28,961 nucleotides of DNA from IMG/VR virus record IMGVR_UViG_3300025372_000030, positions 1 to 28,961 of that record; one strand, given 5' to 3'. Each line of letters opens with the position of its first letter. Position 1 is the first letter of the stretch. This DNA comes from a virus (taxonomy: Duplodnaviria > Caudoviricetes). Both the position numbers and the translations under genes were made by a program. The notes below the pieces were generated by a model. That model ran no database searches. It had not been told where the DNA came from and saw only the letters and a list, made by a program, of their open reading frames with translations. This document shows positions 18,137 through 25,926 of the stretch, piece after piece.

Positions 18137-18221
18137 GGGTAGATCGGTTAGCGGCAATACCAGCGGACTGTAAATCCGCTCTCATTCGAGTTCGAAGGTT
18201 CGAGTCCTTCTCTACCCACCA
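18137..18221 (+). tRNA. tRNA-Tyr (GTA)
   Basis: GGGTAGA/TCTACCC acceptor, GCGGA-CTGTAAA-TCCGC, long variable arm, TTCGAGT loop, ACCA end. Confidence 0.95.
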
Positions 18222-18223
18222 TT

Positions 18224-18679
18224 TTATTTCTCTAATAATTTCTTAATCTCTTCTATATTTTTCTTCATTTCTGTACGATCTATTTCAGCCTTTAGAATAA
18301 GCTCTTTCATTTCGGCGCGTTCTTCTTTAGCTTTAATAATATAATCCAGCGCAGTTTTATCTATACGTATATCTTCAGCTAATTTCTTGATCATAATATT
18401 AGATTCTTCATCTAACTTAACATCTCTCATTAAATGTTCCCTATCTTTTTCGCCCTGTCTAGTTGAAGACATAAGGATTAAAGGCGTTGCATATGCCGCC
18501 TCAAAAGATAAAAATAAATTTAAAAGAATAAAAGGATATGGATCAAAATGTACCAAGCCAATTATATTTGTAATAACCCAAATAGTTAATATTGTTGACT
18601 GTATAACAATAAAAGTCCAACTACCGATGAACTCTGCAATCTTATCCGCTAATTTTACGCTAAATTCTTTTAGATTCAT
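18224..18679 (-). CDS. DUF1003-family membrane protein
   Basis: 'LADKIAEFIGSWTFI...W...N....FDPYPFILLNLFLSFEAAYATPLILMS'. Start reassigned to ATG 18679. Confidence 0.9.
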   Translation of the reverse strand: MNLKEFSVKLADKIAEFIGSWTFIVIQSTILTIWVITNIIGLVHFDPYPFILLNLFLSFEAAYATPLILMSSTRQGEKDREHLMRDVKLDEESNIMIKKLAEDIRIDKTALDYIIKAKEERAEMKELILKAEIDRTEMKKNIEEIKKLLEK

Positions 18680-18704
18680 TAAAGTAATTACACTATTATA
18701 ATAT

Positions 18705-18983
18705 ATGAAACCCGAAGCTATAGCCTTTATCCGACAGGTTTCTGGCGCCGCCATGACACTATCGTTCATGTTCTGCTACTTACCGCAGATTATTAAGATT
18801 TATAAAACAGAGTCTTCTAAAGATGTTTCAGTTACAATGATTGTGCTTGGGTTAATCGGATATATTTCTGGAATTGTTTATATGTTCTGCAACAGTTTTG
18901 GTATTTGGTGGTTCTTAAACTACTTGAGCGGTATAATTAGTTCTGGCTTTTTATTTTATTATTGGTACAAGCACAGAAAGTAG
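18705..18983 (+). CDS. PQ-loop / SemiSWEET-like membrane protein
   Basis: 'YLPQIIKIYKTESSKDVS' PQ-loop; three hydrophobic helices in 92 aa. Confidence 0.85.
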   Translation: MKPEAIAFIRQVSGAAMTLSFMFCYLPQIIKIYKTESSKDVSVTMIVLGLIGYISGIVYMFCNSFGIWWFLNYLSGIISSGFLFYYWYKHRK

Positions 18984-19018
18984 TTGATCACTAGTCCAAA
19001 AAGAGTTATTCTTGCGGT
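18984..19018 (+). promoter_or_regulatory. Sigma70-type promoter for a leaderless transcript
   Basis: TTGATC-N17-TATTCT-N6-ATG(19019). Confidence 0.65.
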
Positions 19019-20014
19019 ATGAAACTGGCATCTATAGAGATAATCAAGTCTATTAAACAGCATCCCGGCGCTGATTTATTAGATATTGCCACTGTTTTAG
19101 GATGGCAAACTATAGTTAAGCGTGGTGAATACAAGGAGGGTGATCGCGTGGTATTCGTAGTTATTGATACTATTCTCCCACATCGCCCTTGGAGCGAGTT
19201 TCTTGCCGATAAGAAAAATCCCGAAAAGCCAATTCGCTTAAAAAATGCGAAGATTCGGGGTGAATACTCTCAGGGGCTAGTTCTGCCAATTTCAGTTCTT
19301 GATGGTAATAGTTTTGCCGCAGGAAGTTGGCAGATTGGCGCAGATATTGGCGCAGAACTTGGAATTAAGAAATATGAGAAAGAGATTCCAGCCAGTCTCT
19401 CTGGTGAGATTATTGGAACTTTCCCAACTTATCTTGTTGCACCAACTGATGAAGATAACGCACTCTCAAACCTTGACATCGTTGAAGAGGTTCTTAAGCA
19501 CGATTTAACCGTAACTTGGAAGTTAGATGGATCTAGCTGCACTATTATTGTGCAGGACGGCGAAATTTCCCATGTATGCAGTCGTCGTATGCAGATTAAA
19601 GAGTCTGATACTAACGCGTTCTGGATTGTTGCGAATAAACTGCGCCCGAATATCCCGTTAGGCTGGAGTGGAATTATTCAAGGGGAGGTTTGTGGACCCG
19701 GCATTCAGGGAAATCAACTCAAGCTACTTGAAGCAACTCTCTATATATATCAAATTAGAGAACTTCATGGTGGCTGGATGACTTATGACGAAATGGTTTC
19801 TTTTGGTGAGAACGTCTTAAAATCTAATGTTGTAGCTAAAATTGAGCACGGTTATATTAAATCTTTAGAAGGGCTGCAGGTTATTGCAGATAATCTTAAA
19901 TTCGACAAAAACATTCCCGCAGAAGGAATAGTTGTACGTCCAGCGCACTATCCCGGATCTGGAATTGGCCGTCCGCTTGGATTTAAAATCATTAATAGAA
20001 ATTATAAAGATTAA
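19019..20014 (+). CDS. ATP-dependent RNA ligase (DRB0094/Rnl5-like family)
   Basis: N-terminal OB-like 'LASIEII..I..HPGAD.L..ATV.GW...V..GEY..GD', 'RG.YSQGL', motif I KLDGSS, QGEVCGPGIQGN, EGIVVR, FKIIN. Confidence 0.92.
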   Translation: MKLASIEIIKSIKQHPGADLLDIATVLGWQTIVKRGEYKEGDRVVFVVIDTILPHRPWSEFLADKKNPEKPIRLKNAKIRGEYSQGLVLPISVLDGNSFAAGSWQIGADIGAELGIKKYEKEIPASLSGEIIGTFPTYLVAPTDEDNALSNLDIVEEVLKHDLTVTWKLDGSSCTIIVQDGEISHVCSRRMQIKESDTNAFWIVANKLRPNIPLGWSGIIQGEVCGPGIQGNQLKLLEATLYIYQIRELHGGWMTYDEMVSFGENVLKSNVVAKIEHGYIKSLEGLQVIADNLKFDKNIPAEGIVVRPAHYPGSGIGRPLGFKIINRNYKD

Positions 20015-20015
20015 T

Positions 20016-20225
20016 ATGAAAAACAAATGGAAAGATGAAGTTATACGTCAACTAGATATCTGCGGTATCTACCAAGCGGCGCACGATGAAAATCCCAAAA
20101 AGGCACTTCATGATCTTGTTTGCTATAATATGGAGGTTGCCGTATTTGTTGAGAAAGAAAAAAGCTTTCCCAATAAATTACAAAATTTCTTTTATAGATT
20201 CGTAAATAAACTTCCACCCTTTTAA
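20016..20225 (+). CDS. Hypothetical protein
   Basis: ATG 20016 immediately after the ligase stop. Confidence 0.65.
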   Translation: MKNKWKDEVIRQLDICGIYQAAHDENPKKALHDLVCYNMEVAVFVEKEKSFPNKLQNFFYRFVNKLPPF

Positions 20226-20228
20226 TAT

Positions 20229-20420
20229 ATGGACTTCGATGATTTTTTACAAGGCTGTTTAATAGGACTGCTAATTTTATTAGTAAGTATATTGACATTT
20301 TTTCAAGGATATTACCATGGAGAGAATAGCTTTCAGAAAGAAGCGGTACAAAGAAATTTTGGCCGTTTTGAATTAAACACTCACAACCAAGCCGTGTTCA
20401 GATGGAACGAAAAAATATGA
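20229..20420 (+). CDS. Small membrane protein
   Basis: N-terminal hydrophobic helix; tightly packed in the operon. Confidence 0.65.
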   Translation: MDFDDFLQGCLIGLLILLVSILTFFQGYYHGENSFQKEAVQRNFGRFELNTHNQAVFRWNEKI

Positions 20421-20722
20421 GGGATAAGCGTAAAACATTTTTATTTGAGGCTAAAATAATAAGCTTTATATTAGCGTTAGCTTTTATCCCCGCAGTATTT
20501 TTTGTGGGATGCGCCTTTTTTGATCCTCCACAACCCACTCATTATTATAAAATTCAAAGATTAAATTATAATGGCGAAGTAATCCAAACTTATTATAGCA
20601 AATCTTATCCTTATGGAACAGATTTTATTGACTTTAGAGAATATCCCTCTGGCAAATGGATTAAGTTAAAATGTAGTTATGTCGCTGAAGATTTAGGGAC
20701 AAATAAACCCATAATAAAATGA
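20417..20722 (+). CDS. Membrane-anchored hypothetical protein
   Basis: ATGA overlap at 20417; TM segment IISFILALAFIPAVFFVG. Confidence 0.65.
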   Translation: MRDKRKTFLFEAKIISFILALAFIPAVFFVGCAFFDPPQPTHYYKIQRLNYNGEVIQTYYSKSYPYGTDFIDFREYPSGKWIKLKCSYVAEDLGTNKPIIK

Positions 20723-20823
20723 AAAAACTAAAAGAAATATGGAACCACGATATAGTTATTAATATAACTATTGCTCTATTCTTAATAATTCTTTTTCTGG
20801 AAGTTAGATATTTATTTTCATGA
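20719..20823 (+). CDS. 34-aa membrane peptide (not in ORF track)
   Basis: MKKLKEIWNHDIVINITIALFLIILFLEVRYLFS*. ATGA overlaps at both ends. Confidence 0.6.
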   Translation: MKKLKEIWNHDIVINITIALFLIILFLEVRYLFS

Positions 20824-21509
20824 AAGTCAAATATAAACTAAAAGAAATATACAAGGGAATTTTTCTTGTTACAATACAGGATGAGTATGATCTTGCAATG
20901 ACTTTCTGCCGATTGCAGGAGTTTTACGAGTCTCCGTTCAAACAGATTCGCGGAAAGACTTTTAGTATGGACGAATTTCAAAGGTTGTATGCCAAAAAGT
21001 TTGGCAACGGCATTTTTACTTATCCAGCCGATTGGGCTGGCTTTAATGTGCCAGGCGATGTTCTAAATAAACTAATCTCTACAACCTTTACTGATTGGGG
21101 AACTGAATATGATTTTATTATAGAAGATATTCATTCTGAAATTCTTCAAAAGAATCAAGATCGCTATTATCTTATTGGCGCCGGGCCCAAAGATAAGGAT
21201 ACCATAAACCACGAAATCTGTCATGCGCTTTACTATTTAGATAAAGATTACAAATTTAGAGTTGATTATGTCGTTAGTGAGTTAAATATAAAACTATTAA
21301 ACTATTTTAAATCTGACTTATTAGATAAGGGGTATTCTAAAGGCGTACTAACCGATGAAATTAATGCTTATATGTGTTTTGATTCTGATTACTTATTAAC
21401 CAGCAAGAAACTCAATAAACATGAAAAGAAAAATTTTGATCAAGTTCAAACAAAACTGAAAGCACTATTTAATTCTACTATCTCAATAAGAAAACACTTA
21501 GCAAAATGA
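20820..21509 (+). CDS. Hypothetical protein with HExxH zincin-like motif
   Basis: HEICH with downstream 'DEINAY'; 'RLQEFYESP', 'WAGFNVP'. Confidence 0.7.
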   Translation: MKVKYKLKEIYKGIFLVTIQDEYDLAMTFCRLQEFYESPFKQIRGKTFSMDEFQRLYAKKFGNGIFTYPADWAGFNVPGDVLNKLISTTFTDWGTEYDFIIEDIHSEILQKNQDRYYLIGAGPKDKDTINHEICHALYYLDKDYKFRVDYVVSELNIKLLNYFKSDLLDKGYSKGVLTDEINAYMCFDSDYLLTSKKLNKHEKKNFDQVQTKLKALFNSTISIRKHLAK

Positions 21510-21712
21510 AATACTTTTTACCATTATTATTAATATTATGCGTTATAGGAATCAGCCTGTCGTTTAACGATCTAACAAGAGCAGGTTACCCACAATTTAG
21601 ATACAGCTTACATTTACTCGATAGTAAAAATTTCTACTCCAAGCAACAATGCTGGGAGATGGTTAAAGACAAGTTAAACCTAAAAATAAAAAATGGGAAA
21701 CTGGAGTTTTAA
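21506..21712 (+). CDS. Small exported/membrane hypothetical protein
   Basis: Hydrophobic N-terminus; ATGA overlap. Confidence 0.55.
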   Translation: MKYFLPLLLILCVIGISLSFNDLTRAGYPQFRYSLHLLDSKNFYSKQQCWEMVKDKLNLKIKNGKLEF

Positions 21713-21938
21713 TTTACTAATATTTCTATTAGTTTTATGCTCGGCTATAAGTGAAACTAATAATATAACCTATCTTGATTTGACGGCTAAAGACCTGACC
21801 ATTAATCAGTTAGAAGATCTTTACTATTTAAAGATATCCAAATCAGTACGCTTAACTGGCGAGAATTTATTTGATTTTAATAGTTTCGCGGCCACCCAAA
21901 GAGTTAGAACTTATACCACTATAAAGATAGATTTTTAG
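21693..21938 (+). CDS. Small exported hypothetical protein
   Basis: Signal-peptide-like N-terminus. Confidence 0.5.
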   Translation: MGNWSFNLLIFLLVLCSAISETNNITYLDLTAKDLTINQLEDLYYLKISKSVRLTGENLFDFNSFAATQRVRTYTTIKIDF

Positions 21939-21975
21939 TTACTGACTTATCTATTTTATTTGTGTAAAAATGCTT

Positions 21976-22191
21976 ATGGCAAAAGCACCACAAATAGACC
22001 ATAACGTAGAGAAATGGACGGCCTTCTGTAAGAATAAAGAAGAAGCAGAGGCACAACTACAAAATAAGCTACTAATTCTCTCACAAAAAAAACTAATTGT
22101 TAGTGCTAAAAAAGAACTAGTGGAATCAAGATCACACCCTCAAGGATTATTTATTTATAAGTTTTGTATAGTTACGGCACCGAAGAAATAG
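21976..22191 (+). CDS. Hypothetical protein
   Basis: GTGTAA (21962-21967) lies 8 nt before ATG 21976. Confidence 0.65.
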   Translation: MAKAPQIDHNVEKWTAFCKNKEEAEAQLQNKLLILSQKKLIVSAKKELVESRSHPQGLFIYKFCIVTAPKK

Positions 22192-22192
22192 T

Positions 22193-22221
22193 TTGACAAA
22201 ATGGTAAGTTGGTAGTATTAT
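22193..22221 (+). promoter_or_regulatory. Sigma70-type promoter for tRNA-Val
   Basis: TTGACA-N17-TATTAT. Confidence 0.75.
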
Positions 22222-22233
22222 ATACTATATAGC

Positions 22234-22307
22234 GGGAGGTTAGTTTATCGGTAAAATGCATCGTTTACACCGATGAGTGAGTGGTTCGATTCCACTACTT
22301 CCTACCA
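22234..22307 (+). tRNA. tRNA-Val (TAC)
   Basis: GGGAGGT/ACTTCCT acceptor, CATCG-TTTACAC-CGATG, AGTGG-TTCGATT-CCACT, ACCA end. Confidence 0.92.
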
Positions 22308-22333
22308 TTTTTGTTTTTACCACTATAAATAAT

Positions 22334-22516
22334 GTGCAAATTCATCCTTATAGAATTTCAAGAAGCAAGAGTTGGAGAAAAACCGTAATTTTTGTACAGG
22401 CACTAGAAAATCCTCACAGATGGGTTGACTTGATAAATAAATTGTGGTATGATAAGTCCATAAGCTCAAGACTTATCGAACAGGCAAAAGATTGTTTTAC
22501 AGCATATAGAAAATAA
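22334..22516 (+). CDS. Hypothetical protein (possible GTG start)
   Basis: Open frame between tRNA-Val and the next gene; stop 1 nt before the next ATG. Confidence 0.4.
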   Translation: MQIHPYRISRSKSWRKTVIFVQALENPHRWVDLINKLWYDKSISSRLIEQAKDCFTAYRK

Positions 22517-22517
22517 T

Positions 22518-22868
22518 ATGATTCATAATTTTATTACAGAAGACCGTGAGCAAATCAGTAAAGATGTTCAAGAAATGCGAGATTTTGTAAAAATGCTAAA
22601 TAGGGAGATATTAAACGGCGCAAATGCAAAACCAAGCAAAAAATATTTTTGTTGGAACCTAATTAAAAACCGTCTAGTTTTGGGGTTATGGGAAATACCA
22701 GATACTCGCCCGTGCCGGTTCCCATCTTTTAGCTTTTTTAATTGTAAATCTTATACAAAGTTTGGGATAAGATATAAAAGAAATTTATTTGAGATAGTAT
22801 GGAATAAGGACATAAATTATATCACAAATCTCAGTAAAAGGTTTGACCGGACACTCAAAATGCTTTAA
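22518..22868 (+). CDS. Hypothetical protein
   Basis: 116-aa ORF in a co-oriented gene run. Confidence 0.6.
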   Translation: MIHNFITEDREQISKDVQEMRDFVKMLNREILNGANAKPSKKYFCWNLIKNRLVLGLWEIPDTRPCRFPSFSFFNCKSYTKFGIRYKRNLFEIVWNKDINYITNLSKRFDRTLKML

Positions 22869-22877
22869 GATGTAAAA
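22843..22877 (+). promoter_or_regulatory. Sigma70-type promoter for a leaderless transcript
   Basis: TTGACC-N17-TAAGAT-N6-ATG(22878). Confidence 0.7.
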
Positions 22878-23456
22878 ATGCACAACGCATTTCTAATCGC
22901 TGATCCACACTTCTCGCATGAGGGTGTTTGCAAATTTCTTAGGGACGACGAGAGTAAATTGCGTCCTTGGGATAATGCCGCTGATATGGATGAGGCGATG
23001 ATTGAGAACTGGAATAAGGTGGTTCGTCCTGTGGATAAAGTATATGTTTGCGGCGATCTTGTAATGAAGGCCAAAAAGCAAATACACATTATGGATAGAC
23101 TCAATGGCAAGAAGGTTCTCATTAAGGGTAATCATGATATCGGAGAGCTTAAGGTTTACCTTCCTTATTTCTACGACATTCGCGCTTTTCATGTTCTGGA
23201 CAACTTCTGTATCACCCACATCCCAATCCATCCAGATTGCTTGGGACGATTCAAGGGTAACATTCATGGACATATTCATCAGCGCAAAATTATGAAGCTA
23301 TTAACTTATGGGCCAGATGGTACTCGACATACCTATGCTCCCGATAAGAGATACTTCTGTATTTCTGCCGAGCAGATAGACTATACACCGATTGAGTGGA
23401 ATGATCTACGAAAGAGGTTTTACGCCCAGCTTGGCATGGAGATTAAAAATGACTAA
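22878..23456 (+). CDS. Calcineurin-like phosphoesterase (phage type)
   Basis: DPHFSH, 'MIENWNKVV.P.D.VY..GD', GNHD, THIPIH, NIHGHIH. Confidence 0.92.
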   Translation: MHNAFLIADPHFSHEGVCKFLRDDESKLRPWDNAADMDEAMIENWNKVVRPVDKVYVCGDLVMKAKKQIHIMDRLNGKKVLIKGNHDIGELKVYLPYFYDIRAFHVLDNFCITHIPIHPDCLGRFKGNIHGHIHQRKIMKLLTYGPDGTRHTYAPDKRYFCISAEQIDYTPIEWNDLRKRFYAQLGMEIKND

Positions 23457-23550
23457 AAAAATCCCTACGCCAAAAACTGCGAGAATATCCAGTTGGGAAG
23501 CATTTGTGCGCGCGGTAAGAAAAAGTATAAAAAGAAATCTAGGTAACTGA
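23449..23550 (+). CDS. 33-aa basic peptide (not in ORF track)
   Basis: MTKKIPTPKTARISSWEAFVRAVRKSIKRNLGN*. Overlaps the previous stop and fills the gap. Confidence 0.45.
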   Translation: MTKKIPTPKTARISSWEAFVRAVRKSIKRNLGN

Positions 23551-23572
23551 ATAATAACACTAAATAAATTTT

Positions 23573-23842
23573 ATGATAATAAAACACATTAAAATGCTTA
23601 TGCTATCAATTAGGAATCTTGGTTTTATAACAGGTTGGAGATATTTTCAAACATATTTAAAAGCCTTACAAGACCCTAATTTCATTCTTGAATGGGCAGA
23701 TGCTTGCGATAATCACGCGAGAAAATTAGAGTTTTTCAATAAAGAGCCAAAAGTTGCAGAAGCAGCTAGACATTGGGCAAAAACTTTGAGAGAATGTAAT
23801 AAACAGATACAACAATACGAGACCAAAATAAATGAACAATAA
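23573..23842 (+). CDS. Hypothetical protein
   Basis: 89-aa ORF coupled to the next gene. Confidence 0.65.
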   Translation: MIIKHIKMLMLSIRNLGFITGWRYFQTYLKALQDPNFILEWADACDNHARKLEFFNKEPKVAEAARHWAKTLRECNKQIQQYETKINEQ

Positions 23843-24380
23843 ATTAGAATTTTATATAGACCTAGATAACACTCTTATCCATGCAGCATGGGGCGGCAAT
23901 CCCAATAAACGCAGAACCAAGATTGATCTTGGCCCAAAGGAAGTTTATTGGAGCATGTTGCGCCCACACGCATTAGATTTTCTTGCATTTTGTCGTGACA
24001 TTGCGCCTACATACATGCTTACCCATGCCGCTCGTGATTATGCGCTAGAGCATAATAGAGTTTTTAATCTTGGTTTTACCGAAAATCAAATAATTGCAAG
24101 TGATGATTTTGCTTATAATAAGGCTGGCATGCTTATTGATAGACTTATACCGAATAAAACAAATGTTTCGCCGGGTGCTATACTTGTAGATGATAAAAAT
24201 CCGAAAGATGAGCTTCCTAGTATTAAAATGCAATATTTAGGTATTGGTACGGATAGATATGTTCAGAGTAGAGACTATCGTGGCGGCAAAGATCCAGAAA
24301 ACTTTGATAAAGAAATAGAAAAGATAAAGAAAATAATTGGCTTCCCATTTCATAAAAATTCTTATACCATATCAGTATGA
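23832..24380 (+). CDS. HAD-superfamily phosphatase (NIF/FCP1-like)
   Basis: IDLDNTLIHA, 'LRPHALDFL', 'LTHAARDYA', 'ILVDD'. Confidence 0.85.
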   Translation: MNNKLEFYIDLDNTLIHAAWGGNPNKRRTKIDLGPKEVYWSMLRPHALDFLAFCRDIAPTYMLTHAARDYALEHNRVFNLGFTENQIIASDDFAYNKAGMLIDRLIPNKTNVSPGAILVDDKNPKDELPSIKMQYLGIGTDRYVQSRDYRGGKDPENFDKEIEKIKKIIGFPFHKNSYTISV

Positions 24381-24802
24381 GCAAGAAACGCATCACGGTT
24401 GATTTTGACGAGACACTCGCCAAAACCGACACATGCTGGAACGGATGGATACATATGGGCGCGGGAACCATATCTCCTATTCCAGAAGTTTTCGAGTTGG
24501 TACGCAATAAACACAGGGAAGGTTATGAAATTCATATTGTAACATTCAGGCCGGAAGAGCATAGGCAGGAAGTTGTAGATTTTGTTAAAATGCACAATCT
24601 TCCGATTGCAGATATTCATTGCACCGCAGGAAAAGAAAAAACTCCAAAACTTTTAGAATTAAATTCTGAATTACATATAGACGATTTTGTAGAAGCATTG
24701 GTTCTCGCACAATTAAAAGGAATTAAATGTTTGCTTGTGGACGCAGGACAACATAAAGATAATTCTACTGCTGACCTGTTTGAACGTTTGCATATCAAAT
24801 AA
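24377..24802 (+). CDS. Capless HAD-superfamily phosphatase (Pnkp 3'-phosphatase-like)
   Basis: VDFDETL, 'IVTFR', 'K', 'HIDD'. Confidence 0.85.
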   Translation: MSKKRITVDFDETLAKTDTCWNGWIHMGAGTISPIPEVFELVRNKHREGYEIHIVTFRPEEHRQEVVDFVKMHNLPIADIHCTAGKEKTPKLLELNSELHIDDFVEALVLAQLKGIKCLLVDAGQHKDNSTADLFERLHIK

Positions 24803-24966
24803 TTAATTTATATAAATAATAATACTATATTTAGAATAAAAAAGATCATATAATACTCACATGAACCTTATTTTAGTATATATAAAACAAATTGTAAAAT
24901 TATATGACCAGCGCTAGAACAAGGTGTAATCAATATATTCGGGGGATTAATTCTTAATTAAATTTT

Positions 24967-25045
24967 GGGGTCTGGGTCTGCTGGATGTGGACGCCGAGCT
25001 TGCACCTCGGATTTCAGATGGGTTTGAACCCCATAGACTCCACCA
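24967..25045 (+). tRNA. tRNA-Ala (TGC), atypical
   Basis: GGGGTCT/AGACTCC acceptor with G3:U70, CCGAG-CTTGCAC-CTCGG, ATGGG-TTTGAAC-CCCAT, ACCA end. G at position 8. Confidence 0.88.
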
Positions 25046-25068
25046 TGGGTTTAGGTGTAATTATTAGC

Positions 25069-25926
25069 ATGATAATATGCGATATATGTAAAGAGTCTTT
25101 TGCCAATAAAAAGATATATGCAAACCATATTAGATGGCAACATAAAGACAATAATAAAAAATGCAAGTTTTGCGGAGACATTTTTAATATGGTTAACTAC
25201 CATAAAACTAAATGCCATTTAAACCCTTCGAATATAAGAAAATGTTTACAATGTGATAAGATTTTAACATTACATGGCATAAAATTTTGTAGCAGAGAGT
25301 GTTCCGGTAAGTTTAATACCAGTAAAAGAACCAAAAAGTATTTAAAAGAGTTAAAAAATAAACATTCAACCTATCGTAAAGATGCACTATGCAAACGCTG
25401 TAACGTGCCTATTAAAATCAACGCTAGAGCATCTTCGATAAACTCTTGTTGTGATAAATGCAAAAGAACAATCACATATAACTGTTTATGCAAGATTTGT
25501 GGTAAAAATTTTTCACATTTAAAAAGATCAGTTAAAACATGTGGCGACGAATGCTATAAGAAATTACTATCAAATAAATCTATTAGTAACCCTAATTGCG
25601 GCGGCGAAACTAATTATAAGAGATATAAATATAACGGAATAATATTTGATTCTTCTTGGGAGGTAGATATTGCCAAATTCTTAAATAAAAATAAAATAAA
25701 ATGGCAGCGATCAAGAAAAATAGTTTTATTTTGGACGGATAAAAACAATAAGAAAAGAAGATACTATCCTGATTTTTACTTGCCGCAATACGATTTATAT
25801 TTAGACCCCAAAAACAAATATAAACAAAGACTCGATAAAGAAAAGCTTGATTATATCTCAAAAAGTTATAATATTGTATATGGAGATGTCAATGAATGCA
25901 AACAGAAGATACTGGAACTAATATGA
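25069..25926 (+). CDS. Zn-finger-rich PD-(D/E)xK endonuclease (free-standing homing-endonuclease-like)
   Basis: Multiple CxxC pairs ('FCSRECS', 'CKICGKNF'). C-terminal 'FDSSWE..IAKFL....IKW...RRYYPDFYLP...LYLDPK'. Start reassigned to ATG 25069. Confidence 0.85.
   Translation: MIICDICKESFANKKIYANHIRWQHKDNNKKCKFCGDIFNMVNYHKTKCHLNPSNIRKCLQCDKILTLHGIKFCSRECSGKFNTSKRTKKYLKELKNKHSTYRKDALCKRCNVPIKINARASSINSCCDKCKRTITYNCLCKICGKNFSHLKRSVKTCGDECYKKLLSNKSISNPNCGGETNYKRYKYNGIIFDSSWEVDIAKFLNKNKIKWQRSRKIVLFWTDKNNKKRRYYPDFYLPQYDLYLDPKNKYKQRLDKEKLDYISKSYNIVYGDVNECKQKILELI

Noticed and set aside
22324-22331. T4-type late promoter TATAAATA
   Set aside because: There are only a few scattered occurrences in very AT-rich DNA, with no consistent link to structural genes; GTGTAA is the recurrent motif instead.
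24803-24960. AT-rich gap as replication origin, and GGGGGATTAA (24941) as a tRNA remnant
   Set aside because: No iterons or repeated boxes are visible, and the tRNA-like match is only ~9 nt with no matching 3' half.
24985-25068. N-terminal extension of the endonuclease ORF (likewise 22277 start and 17730 start)
   Set aside because: These extensions run through tRNA genes or a terminator; downstream starts fit better.
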